Program-made: the position numbers and the translations under genes
Notes under the pieces: generated by a model
The model's input: only the letters and a program-made list of their open reading frames with translations
Told to the model about the DNA's origin: nothing
Database searches by the model: none
In this document: positions 60,885-64,000 of the stretch, one piece after another
Numbering within the stretch: the first letter of the stretch is position 1
How the letters are laid out: each line of letters opens with the position of its first letter
Assembly (NCBI GenBank): GCA_051942205.1
Contig: JAVECO010000003.1
Span: 186,001-250,000 of the forward strand
Direction of reading: 5' to 3'
DNA length: 64,000 bases
DNA from: Coniocarpon cinnabarinum
Taxonomy: Eukaryota

Positions 60885-61178
60885 ATGTCATCTTCCTCGT
60901 CTAAGTTTCGCGCTGACGACGCTGAATCACTCAAGTACATCGCTGTTGCAACAAGCGCAATCCAGAACAGCTCTGATATATTTGTTCACCTTAAGCATCA
61001 CCGTGCTGTAATGGAAACAGTGCTCAACAATACTGATATACCACTAGGAGAGCGTATTTGGATGCTAGAAGACTGCAAAGCCGGCCATGAGCGACTTGAC
61101 GAGCTTGTGCAAGATCTCGATGAAGCTTGCAATCGCGTGATGCGGGAAATGATCTTGCTGTTGGCAGATGATTCATAG
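60885..61178 (+). CDS. Tandem-array paralog 6 (97 aa; two TAGs, then a hydrophobic tail to 61271)
   Basis: YIAVATSAIQNS; IPLGERIWMLED. Confidence 0.62.
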   Translation: MSSSSSKFRADDAESLKYIAVATSAIQNSSDIFVHLKHHRAVMETVLNNTDIPLGERIWMLEDCKAGHERLDELVQDLDEACNRVMREMILLLADDS

Positions 61179-61380
61179 GTGAAGTAGAAATCGCATGTGT
61201 ACGTGGGGGCGGGCTTTCTTCATATGACTATGATTTTGTACCTTTTGCACCTGTTCCAAGGCTTGGCATAACTTACTTCGACAATCCACTTCCTTGTTGA
61301 AATAACAACAGCACGACTGGGAACTCACCAACTGAATGCGGTCTAAGACTGTCACTTGAAAGTCATCGTCGTCCTTGGTC

Positions 61381-61722
61381 ATGGCATCGTCTTCAAATGA
61401 GAATCACTCTCCCTGCCCTGCTCTACGCGGTTATATCAGTACAGTTTCACGCGGAGTTTGTAACAGTCACAAAACCGAATATGACGCCTTTACCAGGTAC
61501 GACAGACGCTTCGCAAGGAAGGTGCGTGAGACCCACATACCACCTCAGGAATGGGACTGGATGGTGAAGCAACGTGCGACTGACTGCTGTCGGAAGTGCG
61601 AGCTTTGGAGGGCTACTGGTGTTGAGAGGCATAGTGTAGAACTGGAACTCATGCAAATTTACAAAAGCTGGGTTGCAGATTTGGTGCAGAATTTGGCTCA
61701 GGAGCTGATCAAAGACTCTTGA
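61381..61722 (+). CDS. Tandem-array paralog 7 (113 aa)
   Basis: YISTVSRGVCNSHKTEYDAFTRY; IPPQEWDWMVKQ. Confidence 0.68.
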   Translation: MASSSNENHSPCPALRGYISTVSRGVCNSHKTEYDAFTRYDRRFARKVRETHIPPQEWDWMVKQRATDCCRKCELWRATGVERHSVELELMQIYKSWVADLVQNLAQELIKDS

Positions 61723-61999
61723 CTGGAGTGTGCTTCGTTGGTGCTGGGAGATATGCGCTTTGGTGCCTGGTGAAACACAAGGGTGGGAAAATGCCACTAG
61801 GATGCCCAGTAAGATGGTCACACGAACGCGTCATCGAGCTTGTCGAATTTGCAGGCGCGCGCTACAATTTACTTCTGCCTTGCGTCTTTGCGTCCATAAC
61901 AGGCCATTTGAGACGAACCAATCCATTCTGCAAAAACTTTCCCAGCTTCGAATAGCATTGGCAAACAGAATCCACAACGCGCACTTCACAACTCTCACA

Positions 62000-62362
62000 A
62001 TGCCGCTCCCTCCCAATCAGTCGCAGCCTCAAGGCCTAAATCTCCACAAGTGCATTGCTTTAGCGCAGCACGCACTCTTCAAAAATCGCCAACCTGATTT
62101 CGCCGCCTACAATGATTACCACCGCAGTCTCAAGAGACGACTAAGAAACCCCTCGCATTATACGGAAAAAGAGTATCACTGGATGGAAAAAGAGGGCCTC
62201 TATGTTCTCAGAGACAAGGGTGACGATTGGTACGAGCTCCGTCAGGAAAGACGTCGCGTGAAAAGAGTACTGGAAGAGATCCAGAGCCAGCGGGTGGAGA
62301 TTCTTCGGCGCGAGAAAGAACGCCTCCAGTTGGAGACCACCGAGTCTGTGAACGCACAGTAG
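62000..62362 (+). CDS. Tandem-array paralog 8 (120 aa; frame open past TAG to 62503)
   Basis: CIALAQHALFKNRQPDFAAYNDY; YTEKEYHWMEKE; post-stop DTRISWRKL. Confidence 0.68.
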   Translation: MPLPPNQSQPQGLNLHKCIALAQHALFKNRQPDFAAYNDYHRSLKRRLRNPSHYTEKEYHWMEKEGLYVLRDKGDDWYELRQERRRVKRVLEEIQSQRVEILRREKERLQLETTESVNAQ

Positions 62363-62914
62363 AGAATAGCTGAGGGATCTGACACAAGAATAAGCTGGAG
62401 AAAGCTGCCTAGATTCGGGAGGTTATATGGAATGGGTGTTGGCCGCTGCGTCACTTGGTCCAAAGGCCGATTTGGTTCGAAAGTTCCCACAAGGCGATCC
62501 TAAATACTCGATGATGCTCGAGATCCAAAATCCTACTTGTCATTGAAATGCCGTGTGGCATTTTGAGCTACAATCCTGACTTATCGTACAGTAGTACAGC
62601 GCAGAGAACTCTAAAAGTATACTCTTGCTATCAGATCCAATCGCCTCACATCACGTGAGTGTACCAGTCAGGCGCAGCGTATCATTCCGTGCTCTTACGG
62701 GCCATATTCTTTATTAATTTAGGTTGAGGCCTTGGTGATGCACACGTCCCAGCGTAGTCCAACGTAATTAATCTACCCCTCTCCAATAAAATTATGGCCA
62801 CCTTCAGCTCCTGCCGTTGCTCAGCACCTCTACGTCATGGTCTGACAGAAGATCGTGCTGCTTCATGCAAGGGCAAAGTCCAGCACACCGTCCTTTCTAC
62901 TTTTGTCAAACAAC

Positions 62915-63427
62915 ATGTCTGTGCAAACAGTCGGTGAAGCCGGTCACTTGAGCGACGCAGGTCGAGCTCAGCCCCCACTCATTAGCTCATCATCTACTCT
63001 TCACTTACCAAAAACGCTGGCCTGGTCACTCGTTCTGCGTTACATCAAGTTCGCCATCCACTCTATGATGCAGCCACATGCCGAAGAAGAAACGAGGAAG
63101 CGCAATCACGCGGCTTACATCTGGGATGCAATTTCCGGCGCAGGCCACGAGACCCAGTGGCTCCAGAATGAATACGATGACCTCTACGATTATTCTGTCG
63201 TGGAAGTCACGAGGAGTCTGTCGGATCTAGATGTATTGATAGTTGAAGTGTTTCAGCCGCTCATGTCCGAGATGAAGCGAGATTTGATTGGGCTTGTGGA
63301 ATGCAGTGCCGGGCCCGCGGGCCACGCCACATGCTTGTGGGATGAGTTCTTTAATACCCGATGGCTTATCTGTCTTGTCAATGACTTCACCTTCGAGCGA
63401 ATGTCACATGGGCTCGATGAAACCTGA
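62915..63427 (+). CDS. Tandem-array paralog 9 (170 aa, more diverged)
   Basis: LAWSLVLRYIKFAI; HETQWLQNE; VFQPLMSEMKRDLI. Confidence 0.62.
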   Translation: MSVQTVGEAGHLSDAGRAQPPLISSSSTLHLPKTLAWSLVLRYIKFAIHSMMQPHAEEETRKRNHAAYIWDAISGAGHETQWLQNEYDDLYDYSVVEVTRSLSDLDVLIVEVFQPLMSEMKRDLIGLVECSAGPAGHATCLWDEFFNTRWLICLVNDFTFERMSHGLDET

Positions 63428-63614
63428 TAGCTGATCAATCACTCCTGACCCAGCTTCCCGGAAAATCACATGTGATGTGAGACTAATCGGGCGTTCGCTC
63501 TCTCCTAATTCCCCACTTTCCGAGCCCACCTGAAGCTCTTCAACTCTTCTCCACTTCATCATCAAACCTCGCCACCAATTGTCATCACCAAATTTCGATC
63601 CGCAGCAGCCCAAG

Positions 63615-64000
63615 ATGGGCGACATAATCATGAGAGATGCTACAGACGAAACCAATGAATCTTCTGGCGACTATGACAAACTCGAAGCCTGGCCACATAT
63701 CTTCTTCCATTTCGAGCAGCTGCTCACGGCTGTTAGCCGCCGTCACCTTCCTGAGTACCAAACCATGAAAGCATTCTACCAAGACCTGACGCAGGCAAAT
63801 TTGTGGATGAGCATATCAAATAGCTTATCGCCACCCAGCTTGCCGTTGCAAAGAGAAGCCAAATGGCTCAATGAGGAACTTTCAAACGTGAGAGAAATCG
63901 ACGAAGAGGTCCTCGACTCCCGACACATGCTCGATGCTGAGGCTGTCTATTTGCATGTCATCGTCCCCATTATGGATGTGATGCGCCAGGAGCTAGTCGA
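63615..64000 (+). CDS. Tandem-array paralog 10 (runs off the window; not in the ORF track)
   Basis: Manual translation MGDIIMRDAT..LEAWPHIFFHFEQLL..HLPEYQ..REAKWLNEE..VIVPIMDVMRQELV, collinear with paralog 9. Confidence 0.65.
   Translation, partial: MGDIIMRDATDETNESSGDYDKLEAWPHIFFHFEQLLTAVSRRHLPEYQTMKAFYQDLTQANLWMSISNSLSPPSLPLQREAKWLNEELSNVREIDEEVLDSRHMLDAEAVYLHVIVPIMDVMRQELV

Overview
This is gene-dense DNA from a filamentous ascomycete (Pezizomycotina), with short GT-AG introns and CTRAC/CTRAY branch sites. (1) 1-14.9 kb is the right part of an epipolythiodioxopiperazine (ETP, gliotoxin/sirodesmin-type) cluster. It holds gliP-like NRPS, gliC-like P450, gliM-like O-methyltransferase, gliG-like GST, gliZ-like Zn2Cys6 factor and gliT-like oxidoreductase genes, four exact TCGG-N3-CCGA sites and two decayed transporter relics. 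(2) 15.8-22.5 kb is a head-to-head pair: a HeLo-like N-terminus plus pseudokinase-like protein faces a mosaic C2H2/Zn2Cys6 protein that is interrupted by in-frame stops. (3) 23-55 kb is mostly ordinary genes: GH16, Bud27/URI, Tfb3, methyltransferase, a 1551-aa secreted Ser/Thr/Pro protein, Tco89, MFS, AcuK/Ert1, PGM-like and P450. (4) 55.4-64 kb holds a DUF3669-like gene followed by a same-strand tandem array of at least 10 small, intronless, highly diverged paralogs sharing an ExxW motif. In four of them an in-frame stop sits just before a still-open hydrophobic or Trp-containing tail. The array is the strongest candidate for an undescribed system. All family assignments come from motif recognition by eye, not from database searches.
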